From Terriglobia bacterium (lineage in GTDB: Bacteria; Acidobacteriota; Terriglobia; UBA7540): DNA of 33,817 nucleotides. Positions 24,090 through 32,519 of this stretch are shown here, piece after piece. A model generated the notes under the pieces. It was not told the origin of the DNA and ran no database searches. It was given only the letters and a program-made list of their open reading frames with translations. Made by a program: the position numbers and the translations under genes. The stretch's first letter is position 1; every line of letters begins with the position of its first letter. Location: assembly GCA_050745605.1 (NCBI GenBank), contig JBOGKI010000001.1, positions 1 through 33,817 on the forward strand, in the 5' to 3' direction.

Positions 24090-27000
24090 ACCAACCGTGC
24101 GGCTGCTGCGCCGGCATTCAGATTGTCACCCCGGAACCGGAGGCCAACCGGCCCGGCTTGAGCGCCATCGTCTACCGGGTAGGCACGCAGGCCACGTTTT
24201 TCGAGACCATGCTGGCGCGGCTCTCGAACCTCTATCTCGACCTGCCCGCCGCCGATGGCTCGGGCTCGCTCGACCGCATCTCCCCGCTTGCGGCGCTCAC
24301 CACCCGCGAGCTCGACGATCCTTCCATCGCCCTGCTCGACGCCTGGGCCACCGTGGCCGACGTGCTCACTTTCTATCAGGAACGCATCGCCAACGAGGGA
24401 TACCTGGGCACGGCCACGGAGCGCCTTTCCATCCTTCAACTGGCTAGGCTAGTAGGCTACAGGCTCCGGCCCGGCGTTTCCGCCTCGGTATACCTGGCCT
24501 TCACCGTGGCCGGCGGCTTCACCGGCGCGATTCCTTCCGGCACCCGCGCCCAGAGCATCCCCGGCGCCGGCCAGATGCCGCAGTTCTTTGAGACTTCGGC
24601 CTCGCTCGCCGCCCGCGACGTCTGGAACGATCTCGGCGTGCGCCTCACCCGGCCGCAGATCATCACCCTCGGTAACGACGGTCCGGGCCCGCAGCCGCTT
24701 CCCTTCGATCCAGACTTTGACGCCCGCACGCGTGACACCGTCTATTTTCAGGGCATTTCAACCAACTTGAAGGTCGGCGACCGGCTGCTGTTCGTCGCCG
24801 GTGAAGGTTTGGGGCAGCAGGCGCTGCGCCCTATCGTCTCCGTGGAGGCGCAAGCCAGCCAGAACCGCACGGAAGTGGTGTTGCAGGAGGCGCCGCCACA
24901 GCTCCTGCAAAGCGGCAACGCCGTACCGGCGGCGGTGGGAACCCTGCAGGCGGCGTTCAACCCTTTTATTGAGGGCGCCGCCAGCGACTTTCCCGGCAGT
25001 GACACGGCTAACCGGGTCGTGGCCATTCTCACCACCCTCCTCCAGAACGCCGCATCGGCTGCGAGCGCTACGGCCGTGGGCGCGATGGTGCAGGCCGTCG
25101 CGCCCCAGGTTCAGCAGTTGCACGACAACGCCGCGAAACGCGGCTTTACGCGCCTCGAGCCGTGGACCGCGGACATTCTTGCCTCCCTCAACGCCCTCGC
25201 TTTGCAACTGCCCAGCCTCGACGGCGGTGATTTTCCCGTGGGAGGCGGCGTGATCGTGACGCAGGCAATGGCCACCCTGGCGCCTTCTGCCCTGGCCGGT
25301 CTCACGGCCATCGTTGACCAACTGGCCCTGCCGCCCTCCGTGCAACCGGCCAACTCCATTCGGCTGGCCCGGACGGTGGCCCAGACCTTCTCCCCTCAAT
25401 CCGATACCGCCCCGCGGCTTCTAGCCGCCTTCAAGCCTGCGGCGGCCCTCACGCTTTACAAGGCCTGGGGGAATATCGCGCCGGTTTCACCGTCGCTCCC
25501 GATTGAGGTGAACGCCGTTCGCGCGAAGGCCACGCTCTTTGCGAGCACTTATGGCGGGCCTGCCACTGTTCCCCAGGCCGGTGGCACCGTCACTTTTTCG
25601 AACGCGCCGACGATCGCCAATGCCTGGACCGGTCTGGTCCCCATCACCGCGGGTACCACCACCCCCTCCGGCCCGCCGACGGCCGTCGCGCTGGATGCCA
25701 CCTATGAACAGATCCAGATCGGCACCTGGGTGGCCATCGACCGCCCGTCCACGGACAGCTCCGGGAATCCGATCCGCACCACCACCTATCACCAGGTGCA
25801 AGCCGCGCAAACGCAGAGCATGGACACCACCACCGGCTTCACCGCCAAGGTGACCGTGTTAACGCTCAATCCCCTATGGCTGAGCGATTCTTCCAAACTG
25901 ACTAACGATCTGACCGGCGCAACGGGCACCGCCGTGCTTCGCGGCACGGTGGTTTACGCCCAGGCGGAGACGCTCGGCCTCGCCGAAGAGCCGCTCGACC
26001 GGGACGTGGAAGGCAACACCATCGAACTCGACGGGCTGTACGACGGCCTGGAATCCGGGCGCTGGATCATCGTATCCGGCGAGCGGACTGATATCACAGA
26101 CTCTGCCGGCTCGACCACCGCGACCGGAGTCACTGGCGACGAGCTGGTGATGATTGCCGCCGTTACCCAGGGAGCGGGCAAGCAATCGTGTCTGCCGTAC
26201 ACGACCAGCACCATACCGTTCACGAGCATTTACTACGTGACTGACCCGAATGCCGCCGGCGACCAACTGGTGGTCGGCGTGCCGGCGGCGCTGCCGTCTG
26301 TTTTCCTGAACGCCGTGCCGCTGCCAAGCGCCACCAACCAGCAGATTTGCGATCCCGTCCAGCTTGCGCCCGGGTTCTATGCCAATGCCTACGTTCCGAC
26401 CGCAGCAGAGCGGGGCGGCGACTTCAGCGCCTTCGGCGCGCCGCTCATCGACCCGGCCAACAATCAGCCTTTTGCGGGCGGGCAGATTCCGGCGGCGCGC
26501 TCGGACCCGACCGTTTCGAGCGGCGCAGTCTTCGCTTGGCGGACAGGCTCGGTGGCCAGCGGCTCGGACACGCCGCATACGACGCTGGTGCTCGCCAACA
26601 ACCTTGCTTACAAGTACGACAGTACCAAAGTCACCGTCTATGGCAATGTGGCCAAGGCCACGCACGGGCAGACGGTGGGCGAGGTGCTCGGCGATGGCAA
26701 CGGCGGACAGTCGCTGCAAAAATTCACGCTCGGACAGTCGCCCCTCACTTACCTGCCTGCTCCGACGCCTGCGGGCGCGAAGAGCACCCTGGTGGTGCGG
26801 GTGAACGAGGTCGAGTGGCACGAGGCGGACAGCCTCGCCGGGCTTGGCCCCCGCGACCGCGACTACATCACCCAGGCCGACGATGCCCAGAAGACCGCCG
26901 TGATCTTCGGCACTGGCGACCACGGGGCGCGCCTGCCGACCGGCAGTTCCAACGTCAAGGCGACCTACCGATACGGCATCGGTGCGTCGGGCAACGTGGA

Positions 27001-27781
27001 CGCGCAACAGATCAGCCAGCTCGCAACGCACCCGCTGGGCGCCCAGGGGGTCATCAACCCGCTGCGGGCGAGCGGCGGCGCCGACCGCGACAGCCGCGAC
27101 CAGGGGCGGCACAACGCGCCCCTGGCGGTGGAGGCGCTCGACCGCTTGGTGTCGGTGGAGGACTACGCCGACTTCGCCCGAACCTACGCCGGCATCGGCA
27201 AGGCCAGCTCGGTGCGGCTTACGGACGGCCGCCGCCTCGTGGTCCACGTCACCATCGCCGGTGCCGAAGATATTCCGATTGACCCCAACTCCGACCTTTA
27301 CCAGAACTTCGTCCAGGCGCTCTATCAGAACGGAGACCCTTACCAGGCTATTCAGGTGGCGCTGCGGAAGCTCAAGCTGCTGGTGATGAGCGCCGGGGTG
27401 AAGGTGCTGCCGGACTATCTGTGGGAGTCGGTCGAGCCGAACATCCGGGCGGCGCTGCTCGGTACCTTCGGCTTCGATCAGCGCGACCTGGGTCAGAGTG
27501 CGTTTCTGGGCGAGGTCATCAGCACCATGCAGGCCGTGGAGGGCGTGAGCTACGTGAATGTGACCACATTTGACTCCGTGGCCGAAGACGTGACGGCAGC
27601 GCAATTGGCGTCGCTCACAGATCCCAAGTTGGGGCTGCAGTTGCAGGATGTCGTGGAGGCAGACTTGGCAAAGGTCGTTCCGACCGAGACGGATCCGACG
27701 AAGCGCATCGTGCCGGCGGAACTGGCGATCGTGACCCCGGACATTCCGGACACCGTGATTCTGACGCAGATTACGACGTGA
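24086..27781 (+). CDS. second giant baseplate assembly protein (J-like paralogue, Afp12/gp7-position), 1231 aa
   Basis: The N-terminus CGCCAGIQIVTPEPEANRPGLSAIVYRVGTQATFFETML and ALLDAWATVADVLTFYQERIANEGYL resemble the 'putative baseplate assembly protein' family. YRYGIGASGNVDAQQI is a J-type motif. ATGA overlap with the upstream gene. Confidence 0.75.
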   Translation: MNQPCGCCAGIQIVTPEPEANRPGLSAIVYRVGTQATFFETMLARLSNLYLDLPAADGSGSLDRISPLAALTTRELDDPSIALLDAWATVADVLTFYQERIANEGYLGTATERLSILQLARLVGYRLRPGVSASVYLAFTVAGGFTGAIPSGTRAQSIPGAGQMPQFFETSASLAARDVWNDLGVRLTRPQIITLGNDGPGPQPLPFDPDFDARTRDTVYFQGISTNLKVGDRLLFVAGEGLGQQALRPIVSVEAQASQNRTEVVLQEAPPQLLQSGNAVPAAVGTLQAAFNPFIEGAASDFPGSDTANRVVAILTTLLQNAASAASATAVGAMVQAVAPQVQQLHDNAAKRGFTRLEPWTADILASLNALALQLPSLDGGDFPVGGGVIVTQAMATLAPSALAGLTAIVDQLALPPSVQPANSIRLARTVAQTFSPQSDTAPRLLAAFKPAAALTLYKAWGNIAPVSPSLPIEVNAVRAKATLFASTYGGPATVPQAGGTVTFSNAPTIANAWTGLVPITAGTTTPSGPPTAVALDATYEQIQIGTWVAIDRPSTDSSGNPIRTTTYHQVQAAQTQSMDTTTGFTAKVTVLTLNPLWLSDSSKLTNDLTGATGTAVLRGTVVYAQAETLGLAEEPLDRDVEGNTIELDGLYDGLESGRWIIVSGERTDITDSAGSTTATGVTGDELVMIAAVTQGAGKQSCLPYTTSTIPFTSIYYVTDPNAAGDQLVVGVPAALPSVFLNAVPLPSATNQQICDPVQLAPGFYANAYVPTAAERGGDFSAFGAPLIDPANNQPFAGGQIPAARSDPTVSSGAVFAWRTGSVASGSDTPHTTLVLANNLAYKYDSTKVTVYGNVAKATHGQTVGEVLGDGNGGQSLQKFTLGQSPLTYLPAPTPAGAKSTLVVRVNEVEWHEADSLAGLGPRDRDYITQADDAQKTAVIFGTGDHGARLPTGSSNVKATYRYGIGASGNVDAQQISQLATHPLGAQGVINPLRASGGADRDSRDQGRHNAPLAVEALDRLVSVEDYADFARTYAGIGKASSVRLTDGRRLVVHVTIAGAEDIPIDPNSDLYQNFVQALYQNGDPYQAIQVALRKLKLLVMSAGVKVLPDYLWESVEPNIRAALLGTFGFDQRDLGQSAFLGEVISTMQAVEGVSYVNVTTFDSVAEDVTAAQLASLTDPKLGLQLQDVVEADLAKVVPTETDPTKRIVPAELAIVTPDIPDTVILTQITT

Positions 27782-27788
27782 TTCGTAG

Positions 27789-27830
27789 GGCCGCGGCTTG
27801 CCGCGGCCAAGGCCGACCCCAGGATCGGCC
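27789..27830 (+). promoter_or_regulatory. two tandem GC-rich hairpins in the only sizeable intergenic gap of the operon
   Basis: ggccgcgg-cttg-ccgcggcc (27789-27808, 8-bp perfect stem) and ggccga-ccccagga-tcggcc (27811-27830, 6-bp stem). No U-tract follows. GGAG Shine-Dalgarno and the ATG at 27861 lie downstream. Confidence 0.35.
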
Positions 27831-27860
27831 CTGAAAGAGCGGTAGTTGGAGACCTGACGC

Positions 27861-30047
27861 ATGAACGCTGACCCTGACCGGCTCTACGAACTGGTGCCCG
27901 CGATCTATCGCCTGCGGGACGCGGAGCAGGGCTATCCTCTGCGCGGCTTGTTGCGCGTCATCTCCGAACAGGTGAACCTGGTCGAGGCCGACATCGCCCG
28001 GCTTTACGAGAACTGGTTCATTGAGACTTGCCAGGACTGTGTGGTGCCGTACATCGGCGAGCTGATCGGCTATACGGTGCTGCCCGACGGGACAGAGGTG
28101 GCCGAGGTCGAGACGGCGCGGGGCGAGGCGCGCAACCGCATCTTGATTCCGCGGCGCGAGGTGGCCAATACCATCCACTACCGTCGGCGCAAGGGTACGC
28201 TGGCGCTGCTGGAGGATCTGGCCCAAGCCGTCGCCGGATGGCCGGCGCGGGCGGTGGAGTTCTATCGGCTGCTCGGGTGGACCCAGAACATCAATTACCT
28301 GCACCTCGACCGGGGCCGGACGGTGGACGTCCGGGATGGCGACGCGCTCGACGACATCAATAGTGCCTTCGACGAATTAGGGCATACTATTGATGTAAGA
28401 TGTAAAAGTGTGGAGTTTCTCCACACTTTTCCGAGGGCCGGAAATATTCCCAAAGTTGGGGTATTTGTGTGGCGGCTGACGTCGTATTCGGTGACCGAAA
28501 CTCCCGCCTTCTGCTTTGAGGAAGAAGGCCCTAACTGCTTTCTGTTCAGTGTATTAGGCAATGACGCCCAACTGTTCACCAGACCCCAGCTTCCCTCGCC
28601 TCATCCCCCGGGCAAGCTCAACTTGCCCATGCCGATCCGTCGCCGCGACTTCGAGACAATTGAGACAGCCGAGATAGCCGAGTCGAGTGATTCGGGCGTA
28701 CCGGCTTACTACGGCGACGGCAAGAGTCTGCAGGTCTGGACCGGGTCGCCGCGCCAGCCCGTCCCAGCGAAGTACATCGTCCCGGCGGACCTGACCGACT
28801 GGACCTATCGTCCGCTACCCGGCCAGGTCGCAGTGGACCCTGTGTTGGGTCGCATCGCTTTCCCGCCGGGTCAATCCCGCCGACAAGGCGTGTGGGTTTC
28901 GTATTATTACGGATTCAGCGCCGACATTGGTGGCGGAGAATACGACCGGCCGCTTGCGCAGCCTGCCAGCTACAAGCTTTATGTTGTCGGCGAGCAGCAA
29001 CCCTTCGCCCGTATCAACGACGCCCTGACGCAATGGAAGAGCGATGGGCCGGCAAACGCCGTGATTGAGATCGCTGACAGCGGCGTCTATGTCGAGCCCG
29101 TCAGCATCGCGCTGAAGGCCAAGCAGACGCTGCAGATTCGAGCCGCCAATCGCAAGCGCCCGGTACTCCGTCTCCTGGACTGGCAGACGTCCCAGCCCGA
29201 CGACCTGACGGTTACCGGTGAGCCGGGTACTTGGTTCACCCTCGACGGCCTGCTAATCACGGGGCGGGGAGTCCAAGTTGAGGGCAACGTGGCGGGCGTG
29301 ACCATCCGACACTCGACGCTCGTGCCGGGATGGGGTCTGCAGTGTGACTGCGAGCCGCTCCACCCCACCGAGCCGAGCCTGGAGCTCGTCAATTCGCCGG
29401 ATTGCATCAGCATCGAGCACAGCATCATCGGCAAGATCCAGGTGGATCGCGACGAAGTGAAGGAAGACCCTGGGCTGATCCACATTAGTGACAGCATCGT
29501 GGATGCCACCAGCCCGAAGCGGGTCGCGCTGGGCGCGCCCGAGAGCCTGTGCGCTTACGCGATCCTGACCATCAAGCGCAGTACGGTTTTGGGGCAGATT
29601 CAGACCCACGCCATTGCGCTCGCCGAGAACAGCATCTTTATGGGTTCGATTCTGGCCTGCCGCCGGCAGCAAGGCTGCATGCGGTTCTGCTACGCGCCGC
29701 CCGGCTCGCGCACGCCGCGGCGGTACCACTGCCAGCCTGATCTGGTGGAGGCGGCGGTGGCGGACCTCTTCACCCGTGGCGACCTTACGACGGCGGAAAG
29801 GGACGCGTTGTTGGCGAGCGAGCGGCTCCGCGTCGAGCCCGAGTTCAACAGCACACGTTACGGCGCGCCCACTTACTGCCAGCTTGCAGACGACTGCGCC
29901 TGCGAAATCAGGCGCGGGGCCGACGACGAGTCGGAGATGGGCGTTTTCCATGACTTGTACCAGCCCCAGCGGCTGGCCAACCTGCGCACCCGGCGTGACG
30001 ATTACACGCCGGCCGGTATGAATGCCGAAATCATTTACGCCAGTTAG
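27861..30047 (+). CDS. phage tail protein (P2 gpI-like N-domain) with C-terminal parallel beta-helix-like repeats; candidate fibre/receptor-binding protein
   Basis: LYELVPAIYRLRDAEQGYPLRGLLRVISEQV...ARLYENWFIETCQDCVVPYIGELIGY matches the gpI-like 'phage tail protein domain'. Later there are periodic rungs (VIEIADSGVY, LQIRAAN, FTLDGLLITG, VTIRHSTLVPG, ISIEHSIIG, IHISDSIVDA, LTIKRSTVLG, LAENSIFMG). Confidence 0.75.
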   Translation: MNADPDRLYELVPAIYRLRDAEQGYPLRGLLRVISEQVNLVEADIARLYENWFIETCQDCVVPYIGELIGYTVLPDGTEVAEVETARGEARNRILIPRREVANTIHYRRRKGTLALLEDLAQAVAGWPARAVEFYRLLGWTQNINYLHLDRGRTVDVRDGDALDDINSAFDELGHTIDVRCKSVEFLHTFPRAGNIPKVGVFVWRLTSYSVTETPAFCFEEEGPNCFLFSVLGNDAQLFTRPQLPSPHPPGKLNLPMPIRRRDFETIETAEIAESSDSGVPAYYGDGKSLQVWTGSPRQPVPAKYIVPADLTDWTYRPLPGQVAVDPVLGRIAFPPGQSRRQGVWVSYYYGFSADIGGGEYDRPLAQPASYKLYVVGEQQPFARINDALTQWKSDGPANAVIEIADSGVYVEPVSIALKAKQTLQIRAANRKRPVLRLLDWQTSQPDDLTVTGEPGTWFTLDGLLITGRGVQVEGNVAGVTIRHSTLVPGWGLQCDCEPLHPTEPSLELVNSPDCISIEHSIIGKIQVDRDEVKEDPGLIHISDSIVDATSPKRVALGAPESLCAYAILTIKRSTVLGQIQTHAIALAENSIFMGSILACRRQQGCMRFCYAPPGSRTPRRYHCQPDLVEAAVADLFTRGDLTTAERDALLASERLRVEPEFNSTRYGAPTYCQLADDCACEIRRGADDESEMGVFHDLYQPQRLANLRTRRDDYTPAGMNAEIIYAS
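28404..28430. repeat. perfect 12-bp inverted repeat with 3-nt spacer inside the tail-protein CDS (intrinsic-terminator-like)
   Basis: aaaagtgtggag-ttt-ctccacactttt read directly. This is an 8-bp G/C-containing stem flanked by A4 and T4, embedded in a locally AT-rich patch (24/60 G+C by hand count around it). Confidence 0.6.
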
Positions 30048-30060
30048 GGAGAAGAGAACC

Positions 30061-31731
30061 ATGAAGGCCGACCTTACCCGCAACACCTTTGATCCTTCCA
30101 AGCACTTCACGCGCGTCATCATGCAACAGGGACGGGTGCAGCTCGATGCCGACTGGAACGAACAGGATGCCATTCTCGTGCGCAACCTGCGCGCTTTCGT
30201 GAGAGACGCCCTCGACCCGGCTTTTGGTCCGCCCGGCAGCCAGGGGTTTCTGATTACCCCGGCGCGCGCCAAGGACTTCCAGATCGGCGGCGGACCCTAC
30301 TACGTTGACGGCATCCGGTGCGAGGTGGATTCCGCACCGGTCTTGATTACCGGCTTTCCTTCGACAAACACGAAACAGGTCCAGGTGGGGGACTGGATCG
30401 CAGACGGCGTCCAGTTTGAAAAGCTCCAGTACGTTATGGTCTCGGGCGGGTCCAGCGCGCCTCCGGCGGCGCTGGTCCAGATCACGGACGTGGACCCGGG
30501 GAATCGGATCCTGACCTTCGATACCGATGTGAGTGGCTTCAAGAAATTCAGTCCGCAAGTGCAGCACGTGATTACCTACCTCAGCCAGCCGGACCATCCA
30601 TTGCCCGATCCGGGAATGCCGAGTGGCGGAGCGCTCTCGGCGGGTAGTTACCAGGTTTACCTCGATGTGTGGGAACGCCACATCACTTACATCGAAGACG
30701 ACAGCATCCGCGAAGTGGCTTTGAACGGGCCGGACACGGCAACCCGGGCCAAGCTGGTGTGCCAGGTGAAGGTGACAACACCCTGCCAGAGCCAAGGCAC
30801 GAGCGACGCGGCCGGCGGCGCGGTTTGCTGCACGGCGCAGCAATTGACGAGCACCTTCCAGCCCGGCAACCGCGGCCGGTTGAAAGCCAGGGCCAAGCAA
30901 GCGTCGGCCTCGACCGATCCTTGCATCATCTCTCCGCAGGCGCGCTATCGCGGGCCGGAAAACCAGCTTTACCGAGTGGAGATTCACACCGGCAGCCAGG
31001 ACGCTCAGGGCAATGCAACCACGCCCACGTTCAAGTGGTCACGGGAGAACGGCTCGGTCGTCTTTCCGATCGTCAGCATGGCCACTGCCAGTGGAAGCGC
31101 TACAACCACCGTTACGCTGGAAAACCTCGGGCGCGATGATCGCTTGGGGTTGGCGGTGGGCGAGTGGGTGGAGATTCAGGACGACACCTACGTGCTGCAG
31201 AACCGCGCCGAACCCCTGCTCAAGGTACAGTCCATTGACCGCGCCAGTCTGACGGTGACGCTGACAGGCGCGCCCAGCTCCAACGTGGGGCAGTTCCCGG
31301 GGCTGCATCCCTTGCTGCGGCGCTGGGATTACCAGGCAGGTGACCCGGCCGAGGGAGGGCTGCAGTTGAGCACGACGGACAACGCCGCACTGGTTCAGGA
31401 GGACGGAAATTGGCACGAATTGGAAGACGGAATCCAAATACAGTTTCAGGCCCCGGACGCCGGCCAGCCACCAACCTCCTATCGCACCAGCGACTACTGG
31501 CTGATTCCGGCGCGCACCGCCACCGGTGACGTCGAGTGGCCGATTGCAACCGATACTCAGGGCAATCCCGAGTTGGACAGCCAAAACAATACCATTCCCA
31601 TCGCCCTGCCTCCCCTGGGAGTGCAGCATCACTACGCGCCGCTCGCAGTCATCACCCTTGATTCCGGAGGGGCCGTTATCCCTCAAGCCCAGAACGGCGG
31701 CGTTCAGGATTGCCGGAAGCCACTGAAGTGA
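30061..31731 (+). CDS. conserved CIS-distal protein of unknown function (possibly DUF6519-like)
   Basis: 556 aa, with GGGAGAAGAGA before the ATG at 30061. The N-terminal KADLTRNTFDPSKHFTRVIMQQGRVQLDADWNEQ is a motif I recall from uncharacterised proteins next to phage-tail-like clusters. The DUF number is from memory and unverified. Confidence 0.65.
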   Translation: MKADLTRNTFDPSKHFTRVIMQQGRVQLDADWNEQDAILVRNLRAFVRDALDPAFGPPGSQGFLITPARAKDFQIGGGPYYVDGIRCEVDSAPVLITGFPSTNTKQVQVGDWIADGVQFEKLQYVMVSGGSSAPPAALVQITDVDPGNRILTFDTDVSGFKKFSPQVQHVITYLSQPDHPLPDPGMPSGGALSAGSYQVYLDVWERHITYIEDDSIREVALNGPDTATRAKLVCQVKVTTPCQSQGTSDAAGGAVCCTAQQLTSTFQPGNRGRLKARAKQASASTDPCIISPQARYRGPENQLYRVEIHTGSQDAQGNATTPTFKWSRENGSVVFPIVSMATASGSATTTVTLENLGRDDRLGLAVGEWVEIQDDTYVLQNRAEPLLKVQSIDRASLTVTLTGAPSSNVGQFPGLHPLLRRWDYQAGDPAEGGLQLSTTDNAALVQEDGNWHELEDGIQIQFQAPDAGQPPTSYRTSDYWLIPARTATGDVEWPIATDTQGNPELDSQNNTIPIALPPLGVQHHYAPLAVITLDSGGAVIPQAQNGGVQDCRKPLK

Positions 31732-31872
31732 CGATGGGCATCATCGCGACGAGGTGATTGGGAAACACTTTGGGCCGCTGGGGACGTCGTAATACATAGG
31801 TCAGTCAATTCTTTGTTTCTTGCCCGGCCGCTGCATATTTCAGAGTTGGGACGCGTGAGGAGTTGAGACCGG

Positions 31873-32328
31873 ATGAATGCAGCGAAGCGAAGGTTTGGAC
31901 GCGCGGCGATTGTGAGCGGCGGCTTCTATTTCGGTTTCCTTCTGCTCGCCATCGCGCTGACCAAGTTCACAATTTACATTAATTCCTTGCCCTATGCTCC
32001 TGCCGTTGCTGGTGACCCGGCGGCGCTGAGCAGAGCCCAGGATGCGTACGCTGGCGTGGCTAACCTGCTCACTTCTCTGGCCACCGGGTTGCTTGCGGCC
32101 TTGGGGTGGTTCTTGGCCAAATTACCCAAACAGCGCTATTCTGCGCGACATCTCTGGCCTGCCATCGTAGGGGCTTTTTTTGCGTTATTGTCCATTTACT
32201 TCGGGTATGTCTCCTCGCAGAACGTTGAATGGGCGATAGAGTGGTCTGTCCCTAGCCTCGATATTCCCAAGCTCATGTGGTTTAGGTATGGGCAATTTTC
32301 CGCGATTGTGCTAATATTACTATGTTAA
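31873..32328 (+). CDS. membrane protein (3-4 TM), 3' end apparently replaced by a MITE-like insertion
   Basis: 151-aa ORF with a GAGGAG Shine-Dalgarno and hydrophobic segments (GGFYFGFLLLAIAL, LLTSLATGLLAALGWFLA, WPAIVGAFFALLSIYFGYV). The last TM is cut short, and the final 5 sense codons (the first only partly) plus the TAA stop lie inside the inverted-repeat element. Confidence 0.55.
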   Translation: MNAAKRRFGRAAIVSGGFYFGFLLLAIALTKFTIYINSLPYAPAVAGDPAALSRAQDAYAGVANLLTSLATGLLAALGWFLAKLPKQRYSARHLWPAIVGAFFALLSIYFGYVSSQNVEWAIEWSVPSLDIPKLMWFRYGQFSAIVLILLC

Positions 32329-32467
32329 GTTGGGCGAGTTGCCATCGCAATTCAGATAATAAAATTGCGGCAGGAAGGGCAACCATACAACTTTAATCCG
32401 CCCGAAAATGGATGTTGTTTCAAGCCTTGAAACTGGCGGATTTCTCGACAGACTTAACATAGTAATA
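32315..32467. mobile_element. 153-bp MITE-like element: 16-bp perfect terminal inverted repeats flanked by a CTAA direct duplication
   Basis: The left arm tattactatgttaagt (32315-32330) is the exact reverse complement of acttaacatagtaata (32452-32467). CTAA occurs at 32311-32314 and again at 32468-32471. The AT-rich interior has two nested perfect hairpins (gttgcc/ggcaac with cgcaatt/aattgcg; aatccgcc/ggcggatt with gtttca/tgaaac). Confidence 0.5.
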
Positions 32468-32519
32468 CTAAGTGTCCTCTTTTTCGCCGACTTTATAAGG
32501 CGAGATTGGACCAAGGTGG

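Noticed and set aside
29642-29652. 11-nt match (gggttcgattc) to the T-arm region of tRNA-Glu, considered as a possible att repeat marking the island end
   Set aside because: It is short, lies inside a conserved CDS rather than at the block boundary, and does not extend into the acceptor 3' strand. Most likely chance.
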